Assembly (NCBI GenBank): GCA_963766735.1
Contig: CAVYBU010000003.1
Span: forward strand, 192,001-256,000
From: an uncultured Chloroflexia bacterium
GTDB lineage: Bacteria; Chloroflexota; Limnocylindria; Limnocylindrales; CSP1-4
DNA: 64,000 nucleotides
Direction of reading: 5' to 3'
Part shown: piece after piece, positions 1-9,164 of the stretch
How the letters are laid out: each line of letters starts with the position of its first letter
How positions within the stretch are numbered: position 1 is the stretch's first letter
Made by a program: the position numbers and the translations under genes
The notes under the pieces: model-generated
The model's input: only the letters and a program-made list of their open reading frames with translations
What the model was told of the DNA's origin: nothing
Databases searched by the model: none

Positions 1-976
1 TTCCTGGTGGAGCGGTCGACGAACGGCGGTGCCTGGACCACCGTTGGCAAGATCCTGTCACCACTGGACCTGCCGAACATCCACGAACTGCGCAGGTTTG
101 ACGACTTCACCATCCTGCCGTCCAGGACCTACCGGTACCGCATCGTGGCCGAGAACAAGATCGGCTACCTCGTTCCCTCGGCGCCTTCCCGAGCATGACG
201 TCACGTCGTCTCGGCTGCGGCGACCGGAGTTCCCGTCGATCCACCGGTGACCGTCGTGACGCCGGCGTCGCTCGACTTCGGAACCGCGCCGGCCGCGCCG
301 ACCAGCGCTCACGGCGACGCTGCGAGGCCACGGCCCGCAGGTCAGCCTGAGCCGTGGACGTGACAACGCGACCAGCGAGACGCGGCTTCGTCATCGAGCG
401 CTCCGACCAACGGCGGGGACACCTTCACGCAGATCGCCCGCGCGCCGGCCCGCAACATCACCGGCAACGTCGACCTCGCCGACACGCACGGTCGCCCCCT
501 GGGTCACGCCGTACGGGTACCGGCGTGGCCGCCGTCAACGTCGCAGCGGACTCGCACCTACTCGAACTCTGCGACACGGTCGACCGGCTGCCGCCCACAC
601 CGCAGCGGGAACGCCCTCCAGCGTCACGCTGATCGGACACGGGGGTCGCCCCGGCCGCCGCTGACACAACCGTTCCGTCGTGCCGATCACCCAGGACCTT
701 GGCACCAAGAAGGTCGGCGCCACTACCCTCAAGACCGTGCTGGTGACCAACGACGGTCCCAACCCGCTCATCATCACCTCGGCCACCGCGGCCGCGCCCT
801 TCAGCAACGTCACGCTCGGGACTTGCTCCACGCCGGTCGCCGTCGGGAAGACCTGCAAGCTCAACGTCACCTTCGCCCCAACTTCGGTGGGGAACTTCTC
901 GGTGCCGCTGGTGGTGGTGAGTTCCAACGCCACCAACAGCCCGCAGTCGACCCTCCTCACGGCAACCGGGCGGTAG
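1..976 (+). pseudogene. 3' part of a large surface protein (Fn3 repeats plus C-terminal choice-of-anchor D/ASH-like Ig domain), broken by several frameshifts
   Basis: Fn3-like fragments in different frames (ERSTNGGAWTTV..TYRYRIVAENKIG; GFVIERS; VAAVNVA). The intact terminal segment 680-976 (TVLVTNDGPNPLII..CKLNVTFAPTSVG..LTATGR) is typical of ASH/choice-of-anchor D domains. May be sequencing error rather than decay. Confidence 0.6.
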
Positions 977-1003
977 GGGAGTCCGCCCCTCCGCACCCTT
1001 CAC

Positions 1004-1035
1004 GGCGATGGGATGCGTTCCAGCGTCCCATCGCC
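1004..1035 (+). terminator. GC-rich stem-loop after the surface protein gene
   Basis: GGCGATGGGATGC...GCGTCCCATCGCC inverted repeat with one G-U pair; no U-tract. Confidence 0.4.
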
Positions 1036-1257
1036 AAACCCAGCCAGGTGAGTCCCGATCACCGCCAATCCACAACCGCAGCTAGCAGTTCCCCGGCTCT
1101 GGCCTCCGGTCGGCGCCATGATTGGTCAGATCGTCGCCGGCCCCCAATCGAGGGGGTCTGGAGCCCCCATCCACAGGCTCGCCCGGCTTGTGGGGGCGAT
1201 GGATAATAGGTACGTTCGCCCGTTGGCCACGCGGCGGGCCAGGAGGAGCAGGCAATC

Positions 1258-3317
1258 GTGCGTCGGAACCGCCGGATCGCGATCCGGGGCAGTCGCTGGC
1301 AGATGGCCGCCGTCCGCATCATGCGGTTCGAGCTGCGGGCTGTCGTGGTCACGATCCTCGCCTCCGCGCTCATCCTCGGCGCCTATCCGCTCGCGACACC
1401 GACGGTCAATGCGGCGGAGCCGAAGGTGGTGATCATCGTCGGACCGGTCGGCTCCCTGACCGATGCCTACCGGGCCGATGGCGACAAGGCCGCCAAGGCC
1501 GCTCGCGCCGCCGGCGCGGTGGTCGAGAAGATCTACTCGCCGGACGCGACATGGCCCCGGGTCAGGGATGCCCTGCAGGGCGCATCACTCGTCGTGTACC
1601 TGGGTCACGGCAACGGCTGGCCGAGCCCGTACCGGAAGTCGCCCTCGCCCAAGACGCAGAACGGTCTCGGGCTGAACCCGGCGGCCGGCGTCGACGACAA
1701 GGCACACCAGTACTTCGGCGAGGCGTATCTCGCCCGTGACGTTCGGCTGGCACCCCACGCCGTCGTCCTGCTCGTTCACCTGTGCTACGCGTCGGGCAAC
1801 TCCGAGCCCGGCCTGCCCGAGGGCGATCTCGCCACTGGGCAGCAGCGGGTCGACAACTTCGCGGCCGGCTGGCTCGCCGCCGGTGCCGAGGCGGTCCTGG
1901 CCGAGGGCCACGGCGGTCCTGCCTACTACGTCAGCCGGATCCTCGCCGGCGAAGGGACGATCGAGTCGATCTGGCGCAAGGCGCCAACCGCACACGGCCA
2001 CGTGCTTGCGTTCCCGAGCGTGCGGACCCCCGGCATGACCGCGCTGATGGATCCGACGAAGGAATCGAGCGGCTTCTACCGCTCGCTGGTGGCACGCGCC
2101 GAGATGCGCGCAAACGAGGTCGCACGCGGCGCCACGGGCGTGAGGTCCGGTGGCGGCAATGCGACGACACCGGAAGCGACATCGGCCGGACCGACCGTCA
2201 CGGCCGTGACGGTCGACGGTGTCCCGACGGTCGGCTCCGCCCTCCGCGTCACGCTGACGCTCGACAAGGCCGGCAAGAAGCCGGCCCCTGGCCTGGGTCT
2301 CGGCATCCGCTGGGATCCGCTGTCACTCGACCCGTCACCGGTCATCCCCGCGGTTCCCGGCGCGGCGGCCGATGCCGGAACCGACTGCCGACGCCGACCA
2401 GACAGCGTCCGCCCCGCCTCGCCGCACCGTCCGCCGACGCCGGCCCGGCCGCGTCCGATGAGCCCGCCCCTCCGGCCTCGATCGCGCCCCCGGCCGCCGT
2501 CGCAGATGAACCGCCGACGGAACAGGCACCGGCCTCGCCCGACGAGGCGGCGCCGACCAACGCCGTCGATCCCTCGACCGCGGAGGCTGCGTCTCCGATC
2601 GTGGAGACCGACGGACTCCCGGGCGCCCCGCCCATCGTGCTCATCAGCCCGGAGGTCCCGGGCGCCGTCGTCAGCCTGAGCGATGTCAGCGTGAAGAAGT
2701 CCAGCATCTCCGCCGAGCTGGTCACCCCGACGGAGCCGGGCCTGTACCGGCTGGCCGTGTCCATCCACGACGCCGATGGTGTCGCCTTCGACGCGAGGAC
2801 CCAGGAGCGCATCCCGGCCCTCACCGTCAGGGTCACCGGAGAGCTCTCGGCGGTCGTCTCCGCCACCGATCGGCTGAGCGTGGCGGCGGGAGCCACGGTC
2901 GACCTGCCCGTCTCGGTCGCGAACACGGGCCACCTCTCGTGGGTTTCCGGCGTGCTCTGGCAGTCCGTCGACGGCCCCCTCACCACCCCGGCGCTCGGCG
3001 AGTGGTATTCCACGCTGGTGGGCCAGTGGGTTCGCCTGGATGGGTCGGGCTCGGGCTCGGAGACCGTCGCCGCGCGCGCCACGATCCGGCCGCTGCCGGG
3101 TGCCACGGAAGAGGTGTCGCTCGCGCTCACCGCCCCGCCGGAACCGGGTACCTACCTGCTCGTCCTCGATGTGGTCAGCCCACTCTACGGATCGCTGACG
3201 GCCGTCGGCGGTTCCCCCATGGTGGTCAGGGTCGATGTCACCCCGCCCGAGGCCGGGGGCGCAGGACTGCAGCCGATCGAACAACCCCGGAGGCCGGCAG
3301 ACCTCGCGCCAGACTGA
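1258..3317 (+). CDS. Secreted protein: N-terminal clan-CD-like domain, Pro/Ala linker, C-terminal Ig-like domains; frameshift near 2380-2420
   Basis: Signal peptide ending TVNAA-EPKVVIIVGP; motifs VYLGHGNG and LVHLCYASG. Sensible protein sequence switches from ORF 1258..2679 to ORF 1782..3317. Start uncertain (1258/1303/1321). Confidence 0.6.
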
Positions 3318-3356
3318 GTCGCCGAGGGAGCATGGAGATGACGGGACCGTGAACCT

Positions 3357-4310
3357 GTGACCGGGGATGTGCTGGCGCCCGTCCTGACCACGTTCCTCGT
3401 CGTGAACGCGATCCTGCTCATCCGCGCCGGAGCATTGGGTCGACTCAGGCGCCTGGGCCGCGCTGAAGCAGGTCGGCCGCCGGAGCCTCAGCCTGCCGCC
3501 GGTCCGTCCGGGTACCTGGTGGCCGCGGAAGCGGCTGCGCTCGACGCACCCTTCACCCTGGTGGCTGCGGAAGCGGAGGCGCCCGACGGACCCGAGGTCC
3601 AGCGGGCTCAACCATCGACCGGCGGTGACTCGCTCGCGGAGCTCGACGACGAGGCGGCCTGGGACCGGCGCGTCGCCGACGAGACAGCACGAATGCGGCG
3701 GTATCCGCGCCCGGTGACGATCGTCCGCCTCGAGCTCGATGGACTGGAGCGCCTCACGGGACTTCTTGGTGAGGAGGCCGGTGACCGACTCCTCCGGGCA
3801 ATGGCGGATACGGTGCGGCGGCTTGCTCGCGACACCGACCACGTGGCCCGCCTCGGACCAGGAGGCTTTGGGGTTCTCATGCCGGAGACGTCCGAGGAAG
3901 CGGCCGCAGGCTATGTCGAGCGTGTCAGCCGGGCGTGCGAGCTGTGGCTCGAGGCGGGTGCGATCGCGGTCCGCCTGGTCGTAGGCTGGGCGGCGACGTC
4001 GGGCGACGTCGGTCTCCCCGAGATCCAGCGAATCGCGACGGAGCGGATGAACGGAGGCCAGTTGCGCGACCGGCGTCAGGCGGGCGCTGTCGCCGCGCAG
4101 GGTTCCGCACTGAGTCCTTCGGAGCGTCCGCCCTTGGCGGTCGTGCCGGCTGTTCCCTTGGCGGTCGTGCCGGCTGCTCCCGTAGCGGACGTGCCGCCTG
4201 CTCCCGAAGCGGACGTGCCGCCTGCAGCAATCCCGCGATTCGACCCGGACAAGTGTCGTGTCCCCAACTGCGACCATCGGCGAGATCATCGGCGGAACCG
4301 CCAGGGCTGA
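3357..4310 (+). CDS. Membrane-anchored degenerate GGDEF-domain protein
   Basis: N-terminal TM helix; ELDGLERL..GEEAGDRLLR..RDTDHVARLGPGGFGVLMPET fits the GGDEF fold, with the signature replaced by GPGGF. Confidence 0.75.
   Translation: MTGDVLAPVLTTFLVVNAILLIRAGALGRLRRLGRAEAGRPPEPQPAAGPSGYLVAAEAAALDAPFTLVAAEAEAPDGPEVQRAQPSTGGDSLAELDDEAAWDRRVADETARMRRYPRPVTIVRLELDGLERLTGLLGEEAGDRLLRAMADTVRRLARDTDHVARLGPGGFGVLMPETSEEAAAGYVERVSRACELWLEAGAIAVRLVVGWAATSGDVGLPEIQRIATERMNGGQLRDRRQAGAVAAQGSALSPSERPPLAVVPAVPLAVVPAAPVADVPPAPEADVPPAAIPRFDPDKCRVPNCDHRRDHRRNRQG
4131..4226 (+). repeat. 24-bp tandem repeat x4 in the coding region (PLAVVPAV / PVADVPPA)
   Basis: cccttggcggtcgtgccggctgtt, cccttggcggtcgtgccggctgct, cccgtagcggacgtgccgcctgct, cccgaagcggacgtgccgcctgca. 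Confidence 0.85.
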
Positions 4311-4372
4311 GCCGGGAGCCAGGGGTGCCGTCGCCGGGGATCCTGGGGCCGGGACTGGGCGGTGCCGGTTGC

Positions 4373-5275
4373 TCAGGGGCCGGCGCGGACGATCAGCACT
4401 GAGCAGGGGGCGTGGACCAGCACGTTCCGGGCCACGCTGCCCAGGAACAGGCGGGCGAGACCGGTGTGGCCACGCGTTCCCATCACGATGGTGCCGGTGC
4501 CCCGTTCATGCGCGAAGCGGACGATCTCCGTGGCCGGGTCGCCCTCGAGCACGATGGGCGTTGCGGTGAGTCCGGCGTCCGCCAGTCGGTGGGCGGCCGT
4601 CTCCGACTCCTCCGCCACCTCTTTCCGGGTCTCGTCCACTGACCTCGTGTAGGACTCCAGCACCTGGTCGTAGAGTCCGGGCGTGAAGCCCGCCGCCACC
4701 GGCACCGCGACCTCGGCGACGGTGAGCACGCTGATCTCTCGATTGGCAAACAGCGGCCACGCGGCAATGACGGCCTCGGCGGTGCGGGCCGAGTTCGAGC
4801 CGTCGTCCGCGAAGGTGATCGCGCCGAGCGTGTCGCCGCGTGCGACGAGCACCGGGCACGGGGCGTGGTCCACGACCTCCGATGCCGTGCTGCCGAGGAC
4901 CATTGTTGCGATCGTGCCGTGGCCGCGGCTCCCGACAACGACCAGGTCCGCCTCCATCGCGCCGGCTTCGTCCACGATCGCGCTTGCCGGCCGACCCCGC
5001 ACAAGGAAGCCCTCGAGGTTCAGGCCCGGGCGCTTGAGGGTGGCCTCTGCCCGCTCGATGGCCTCGCGCAGGTGGCGGCCGTCGCGCTGCGCCTCCGTCT
5101 CGTTGTCGGCTGCGGTGTCGCCCATGGACGCCCACGACATGGAGAGCATGTCGACGAACGGTTGCTGGACCGCGATCACACGGACAACGGATTCGGGGGG
5201 GAGCGGGAGCGTGGAGACGATCTGGGTGGCCCGGTCGCTGGAGACCGAGCCATCGACGGCAAGCAGGATACGCAT
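4373..5275 (-). CDS. Universal stress protein, tandem UspA domains
   Basis: MRILLAVDGS start with GGAGGT RBS; ADLVVVGSRGHG..LGSTA and IVMGTRGHTG..LGSVARNVLVHAPCSVLIV. Confidence 0.93.
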   Translation of the reverse strand: MRILLAVDGSVSSDRATQIVSTLPLPPESVVRVIAVQQPFVDMLSMSWASMGDTAADNETEAQRDGRHLREAIERAEATLKRPGLNLEGFLVRGRPASAIVDEAGAMEADLVVVGSRGHGTIATMVLGSTASEVVDHAPCPVLVARGDTLGAITFADDGSNSARTAEAVIAAWPLFANREISVLTVAEVAVPVAAGFTPGLYDQVLESYTRSVDETRKEVAEESETAAHRLADAGLTATPIVLEGDPATEIVRFAHERGTGTIVMGTRGHTGLARLFLGSVARNVLVHAPCSVLIVRAGP

Positions 5276-5420
5276 CTGGCACCTCCGAACGGGCCAATCG
5301 TCCTTCGACGGTGATGAAGATGGATCGGCCGAACGGCCCCAAGGCCGCGGCCCGTCGGCCCGGCCGGAACCGGCACTCGGCCGCGTCGGAACCCACTGTC
5401 GGCCGGGCCGGAACCAGTCG

Positions 5421-6479
5421 CTAGGTCGCCTCGGCGGCCAGCGAGCCCACGCGCTCGATGAGGCGTCGCAGGAACTCGTCCGCGTCCACCTCGACAGCCA
5501 CGTCCGCATTCGGCGTCCGGCCCCAGAGCCGACGCCAGTCCGCAATCGTCTGTCCATCCGCGACGCCACCGGACGTGTCCACGTCTACGGTCGCAGGAAC
5601 GGATCGGACGAGATCCGGGTCCATGGCCACGGCCGTCACCAGCGGATCGTGGATGAAGGCGCCGTAGAAGCCGTCGCTCCGGGAATGGAATTCGAAGTAG
5701 TAGCGGAGCGCGTCCGCCAAGAACGCGATGATCGGATTGCCGGCTGTGGACCGGACGGCTGGGTCCGGCATCCGGTCCGGGTCCAGGCCCAGGTCCCCCG
5801 AGATCCCGGCGCGGGCCGCCATTGCAGCGACATCAGCGGGCAGGATCCGTGCCCGCTCCGTCACGTCCAGGCCCAGCACCAGGGCCCGTGGTACCCGGGG
5901 ATCCGCGTCCACCGCGGACTGCCAGCCGGCGAAGGCGATCTTCGCGGCCTCCGGGTCGCAATGGACGTTCCACTCCGTGGTGGGTGTCGTGTTGCCCGGG
6001 ACGCGGAAGGCGCCGCCCATCGCGACCCAGCGCCGGAGGAGGCGCGGCAGCTGCGGCTCCACGAGCAGGGCGATCGCGAGGTTGGTGAGGGGGCCGAGGG
6101 TGACGAGCGTGATCTCGCCTGGCCGCCGGCGCGCCTCGGCGACGATCAGGTCCGGGGCGTAGCGGCGCGAGAGTGCCACCGTCGGCTCCGCCAGCTCCGC
6201 GTAGCCGATGCCGTGGGGCCCGTGCGTCTCGGGCGTGATCTCGAGGGGGCGGAGGAGTGGCACTTCGCGCCCGACGGCCACCTCCACGTCGGCCCGGCCG
6301 GCGAGCTCCAGCAGAGCCCGGGTGTTCCGCTGGACGTCCCCTGCGGTGGCGTTGCCCGACAGGCAGGTCACCGCCACGATCTCCGCCTCGGGGCTCGCGC
6401 AGGCGTACAGGAGGGCCAGCGAATCGTCGATCCCGGTATCGACGTCGAGGATCAGGGGCACGCGATCGGCGGTGCTCAA
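5421..6479 (-). CDS. Nucleoside hydrolase (IUNH family)
   Basis: DVDTGIDD, TLGPLTNLA, EWNVHCDPEAA, IHDPL motifs. Confidence 0.92.
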   Translation of the reverse strand: MSTADRVPLILDVDTGIDDSLALLYACASPEAEIVAVTCLSGNATAGDVQRNTRALLELAGRADVEVAVGREVPLLRPLEITPETHGPHGIGYAELAEPTVALSRRYAPDLIVAEARRRPGEITLVTLGPLTNLAIALLVEPQLPRLLRRWVAMGGAFRVPGNTTPTTEWNVHCDPEAAKIAFAGWQSAVDADPRVPRALVLGLDVTERARILPADVAAMAARAGISGDLGLDPDRMPDPAVRSTAGNPIIAFLADALRYYFEFHSRSDGFYGAFIHDPLVTAVAMDPDLVRSVPATVDVDTSGGVADGQTIADWRRLWGRTPNADVAVEVDADEFLRRLIERVGSLAAEAT

Positions 6480-6482
6480 CGC

Positions 6483-7334
6483 TCAGGGTGCCTTCGGGCT
6501 CACGGCGCGGCAGCGCTCCCGGAGCGGGCAGATCTCGTGGGTGGGGTTCTGCGCGTGGCACATCTTCCGGCCGTGATGGATCAGCAGGACGTGCGCGGCG
6601 TACATCTCGTCCGGCTCCAGGATCCCCAGGAACAGGTCGTGGGCCTGGTCCGCGGAAGCCTTCTCCGGGATCAGCCCGATCCGCTTCGACACGCGCTCCA
6701 CGTGCCGGTCCACGGCCATCACGGGAGCGCCGAAGCAGAACGCGAGCACGATCGAGGCCGTCTTCTTGCCGATCCCGTCGATGGCGGTCAGCCAGTCCCG
6801 GGCCTCCAGGGCCGGCATGTCACCCAGGAACTCCAGCGAGTAGTCCCCACGCTGCTCGCGGATGTAGCGGAGCGTGGCCTGCAGGCGGGGTGCCTTCTGC
6901 GGCGCGAGGCCGCCGGGCCGGATGACGTCGACCAGCTGGGGCAGCGGGGCGTGCTCCACGGCGGTCCAGTCGGGCGGCGGTGCAACAGACAGGCCGTCCC
7001 CGCCCCAGCCGATGCCGTGGGCGTGGATCTCGGGCGCCAGGTCGCTGGGGTAGGCCGCGCGCAGCGCCTCGTAGGCCTTCTCCGCGTTCACGTCCGCGGT
7101 GTTCTGGGTGAGGATCGTGAGGATCAGCTCGCTCGTGGGATCCAGGCGCGAGCTCCAGCGCTGCTCGCCGTATGTGGCCGTGAGCCCGTCCAGCACGAAG
7201 CGCTGGAGCCCCGGGCGGTAGCGGCGCAGGTAGCTCGCCCAGTGCCTGACCGGGTCCGCGGGTTTCCGGGCGGGCGACCTTCTGGCGGGCTTCTTCCCGG
7301 CGGGTTTCGTCCCGCCGGGCCGTGTCGAGGTCAC
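6483..7334 (-). CDS. Endonuclease III-like HhH-GPD DNA glycosylase
   Basis: LILTILTQNT, HhH motif IDGIGKKTA, AVDRHV, C-terminal CHAQNPTHEICPLRERC. Confidence 0.88.
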   Translation of the reverse strand: MTSTRPGGTKPAGKKPARRSPARKPADPVRHWASYLRRYRPGLQRFVLDGLTATYGEQRWSSRLDPTSELILTILTQNTADVNAEKAYEALRAAYPSDLAPEIHAHGIGWGGDGLSVAPPPDWTAVEHAPLPQLVDVIRPGGLAPQKAPRLQATLRYIREQRGDYSLEFLGDMPALEARDWLTAIDGIGKKTASIVLAFCFGAPVMAVDRHVERVSKRIGLIPEKASADQAHDLFLGILEPDEMYAAHVLLIHHGRKMCHAQNPTHEICPLRERCRAVSPKAP

Positions 7335-7717
7335 CAGATCGTCTCGACGTCGTAGAGGTTCAGCAGCGGGTCCGCGGTGATGATGGGCACATCCTCGACC
7401 TGTCCCTGGGCGACGAGCAGCCGATCGAATGGGTCGCCGTGATGACGGGGCAGCGCACCGGCCCGGAGGGCGTGGTCGAGTTCAACCGACAGCACGGCGA
7501 ATCCGTGGTCCCGGATCCGCTCTGGGACGTAGGTCTCCGCCGGTCCCTCCAGCTCCAGGCGTCCCGTCGCGCTCTTGATGGCGATCTCCCACGCCGACGC
7601 GACGCTCACGAGCACCTCGGAATCCCGATCCGCGATCACCGCGCGGGCGCGGGACGTGAGCCGGTCCGCGCCCGAGATCCACCAGAGGAAGGCCTGTGTG
7701 TCGAGCAGGACCCTCAC
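7331..7717 (-). CDS. vapC: VapC/PIN-domain toxin
   Basis: LLDTQAFLW, SVASAWEIAIK, HGDPFDRLLVAQ, IITAD. Confidence 0.93.
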   Translation of the reverse strand: MRVLLDTQAFLWWISGADRLTSRARAVIADRDSEVLVSVASAWEIAIKSATGRLELEGPAETYVPERIRDHGFAVLSVELDHALRAGALPRHHGDPFDRLLVAQGQVEDVPIITADPLLNLYDVETIW

Positions 7718-7962
7718 CGCGAGACCTCGGGCGACAGGTCGGCGGCCCCGAGGTACTCCGCGAACTCCGGCAGCGGATCGTCGAAGTCATCGTGGATGAT
7801 GACCCGGTCGTGCCCCGGCGTACGCGGCGGCGGCGCGTCGATCGCCTGGAGGACGGCGATGGGCCGACCAGCCCGTGCGATCACGATCCGTTCGCCTCGT
7901 TCGGCTCGCTCGAGGAGGCGCGAGAGGTGGGTCTTTGCCTCGTGGACGTTCACAACCGTCAT
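7714..7962 (-). CDS. Phd/YefM-family antitoxin
   Basis: MTVVNVHEAKTHLSRLLERAERGERIVIARAGRPIA; 4-nt overlap with the toxin. Confidence 0.92.
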   Translation of the reverse strand: MTVVNVHEAKTHLSRLLERAERGERIVIARAGRPIAVLQAIDAPPPRTPGHDRVIIHDDFDDPLPEFAEYLGAADLSPEVSR

Positions 7963-7968
7963 GCCGCC

Positions 7969-7999
7969 ATTGTGACTTAGTCCAATTGACTTAGTCAAT
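7969..7999 (-). promoter_or_regulatory. Leaderless sigma70 promoter overlapped by two GACTwAGTC palindromes (TA operator)
   Basis: Minus strand TTGACT-N18-CACAAT-N6-ATG; GACTTAGTC at 7974-7982 and 7988-7996, the second extended to ATTGACTTAGTCAAT. Confidence 0.75.
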
Positions 8000-9137
8000 A
8001 CGCACCCTCAACCGCCGCGGTCCTCCCCAGCGACACCAGCCGCGCGATCCGTTCCCCGCAGCGCTCGAGCGGCGCGCCGCCGGCGGCCATTGCCTGCTCC
8101 ACGGTCTGCGGCCCTTCGCTCACCGGTACCACCGTCACGCCGATGGAGCCGAGCGCCTCGATCCCCTCCTGGGTCACGCCGCCGCCGACGGCGATGCACG
8201 GAACTCCCGCCGCCCGCGCGCGCATCGCCACTCCCTTGGCGGTCTTGCCGAACGCGGTCTGCGCGTCGATCCGCCCCTCGCCGGTGATGACGAGATCGGC
8301 GATCCCCAGGGCAAGGTCGAAGCCGGCCTCCGCCATGACCAGGTCGATGCCGGGTTCCAGGCTGAGCGAGGCGAGGCGATCGGCCAGGCACAGGAGCCCG
8401 AACCCGAGCCCGCCCGCGGCCCCGGCGCCGGGGGTCTCGCGCTCGCGGCGGCCGGCGGCGGCCTCCAGGGCGTCGGCGAAACGGGCGAGACGGGCGTCCA
8501 GGGCGGCGACCAGCTCGGGCGTCGCGCCCTTCTGCGGCCCGTAGACCGCCGCCGCCCCATCCGGCCCGAGGAGGGGGTTGGAGACGTCGCAGGCGATTCG
8601 CAGGCTCGTCTCCGCCAGGCGCGGGTCCAGGCCGGCCAGGTCGATGGCCTGCAGGTCATCATCGACCGTGGCACCCAGCGCGCGGAGGAGTCCTGCGCCG
8701 CCGTCCGTGGTGGCGCTGCCGCCGATGCCGAGGGCGATCGCCCGGATCCCCGCGTCCAGGGCGGCGAGGACCAGGTCGCCGGTGCCGATCGTCGTGGCGT
8801 TCCCGGCGTCGCGCTCCGCGGCGGTCAACCGCGACAGGCCGGATGCGGCGGCCATCTCGATCACGGCGGCACGGCCGTCGTCCCGCGCCAGCCACCGGGC
8901 GCGGATCGGACGGCCGAGGGCATCGCGGGCGATCGTCTCGCGCCACTGCCAGCCGCCAGCCGCCTCGACCGCCACGAGCGTCCCTTCACCACCGTCCGCC
9001 AGCGGGGCCAGGCGAACCTCATCGCCCGGGCGGGCGCGGTTCCAGCCCGCCGCAAGGGCGCGCGCGACCTCCACGCTGGTCAGGCTGCCCTTGAACGAGT
9101 CAGGCGCGACGAGGACGCGCAGCGGTTCATCCCTCAT
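7995..9137 (-). CDS. Glycerate kinase (GlxK/GarK family)
   Basis: VAPDSFKGSL, PLADGGEGT, GIGGSATTDGG, PGAGAAGG, VITGEGRID. Confidence 0.93.
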   Translation of the reverse strand: MRDEPLRVLVAPDSFKGSLTSVEVARALAAGWNRARPGDEVRLAPLADGGEGTLVAVEAAGGWQWRETIARDALGRPIRARWLARDDGRAAVIEMAAASGLSRLTAAERDAGNATTIGTGDLVLAALDAGIRAIALGIGGSATTDGGAGLLRALGATVDDDLQAIDLAGLDPRLAETSLRIACDVSNPLLGPDGAAAVYGPQKGATPELVAALDARLARFADALEAAAGRRERETPGAGAAGGLGFGLLCLADRLASLSLEPGIDLVMAEAGFDLALGIADLVITGEGRIDAQTAFGKTAKGVAMRARAAGVPCIAVGGGVTQEGIEALGSIGVTVVPVSEGPQTVEQAMAAGGAPLERCGERIARLVSLGRTAAVEGAY

Positions 9138-9164
9138 GCCTGCACCACGCACGCTTGGCGAGTC

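Noticed and set aside
1066-1206. DnaA-box-like 9-mers (CAATCCACA, CCATCCACA, reverse TTATCCATC)
   Set aside because: Each has two mismatches, and there is no AT-rich unwinding region or dnaA/dnaN nearby.
4131-4226. Possible CRISPR or mobile repeat
   Set aside because: Contiguous in-frame 24-bp units without spacers; no cas genes in the window.
4683-7355. Very long antisense and alternative-frame ORFs (e.g. 4683..7355 +, 39905..41998 +, 45248..47800 -, 50243..52603 +)
   Set aside because: Shadow ORFs expected in high-GC DNA; they overlap well-supported genes and have Arg/Pro/Gly-rich nonsense composition.
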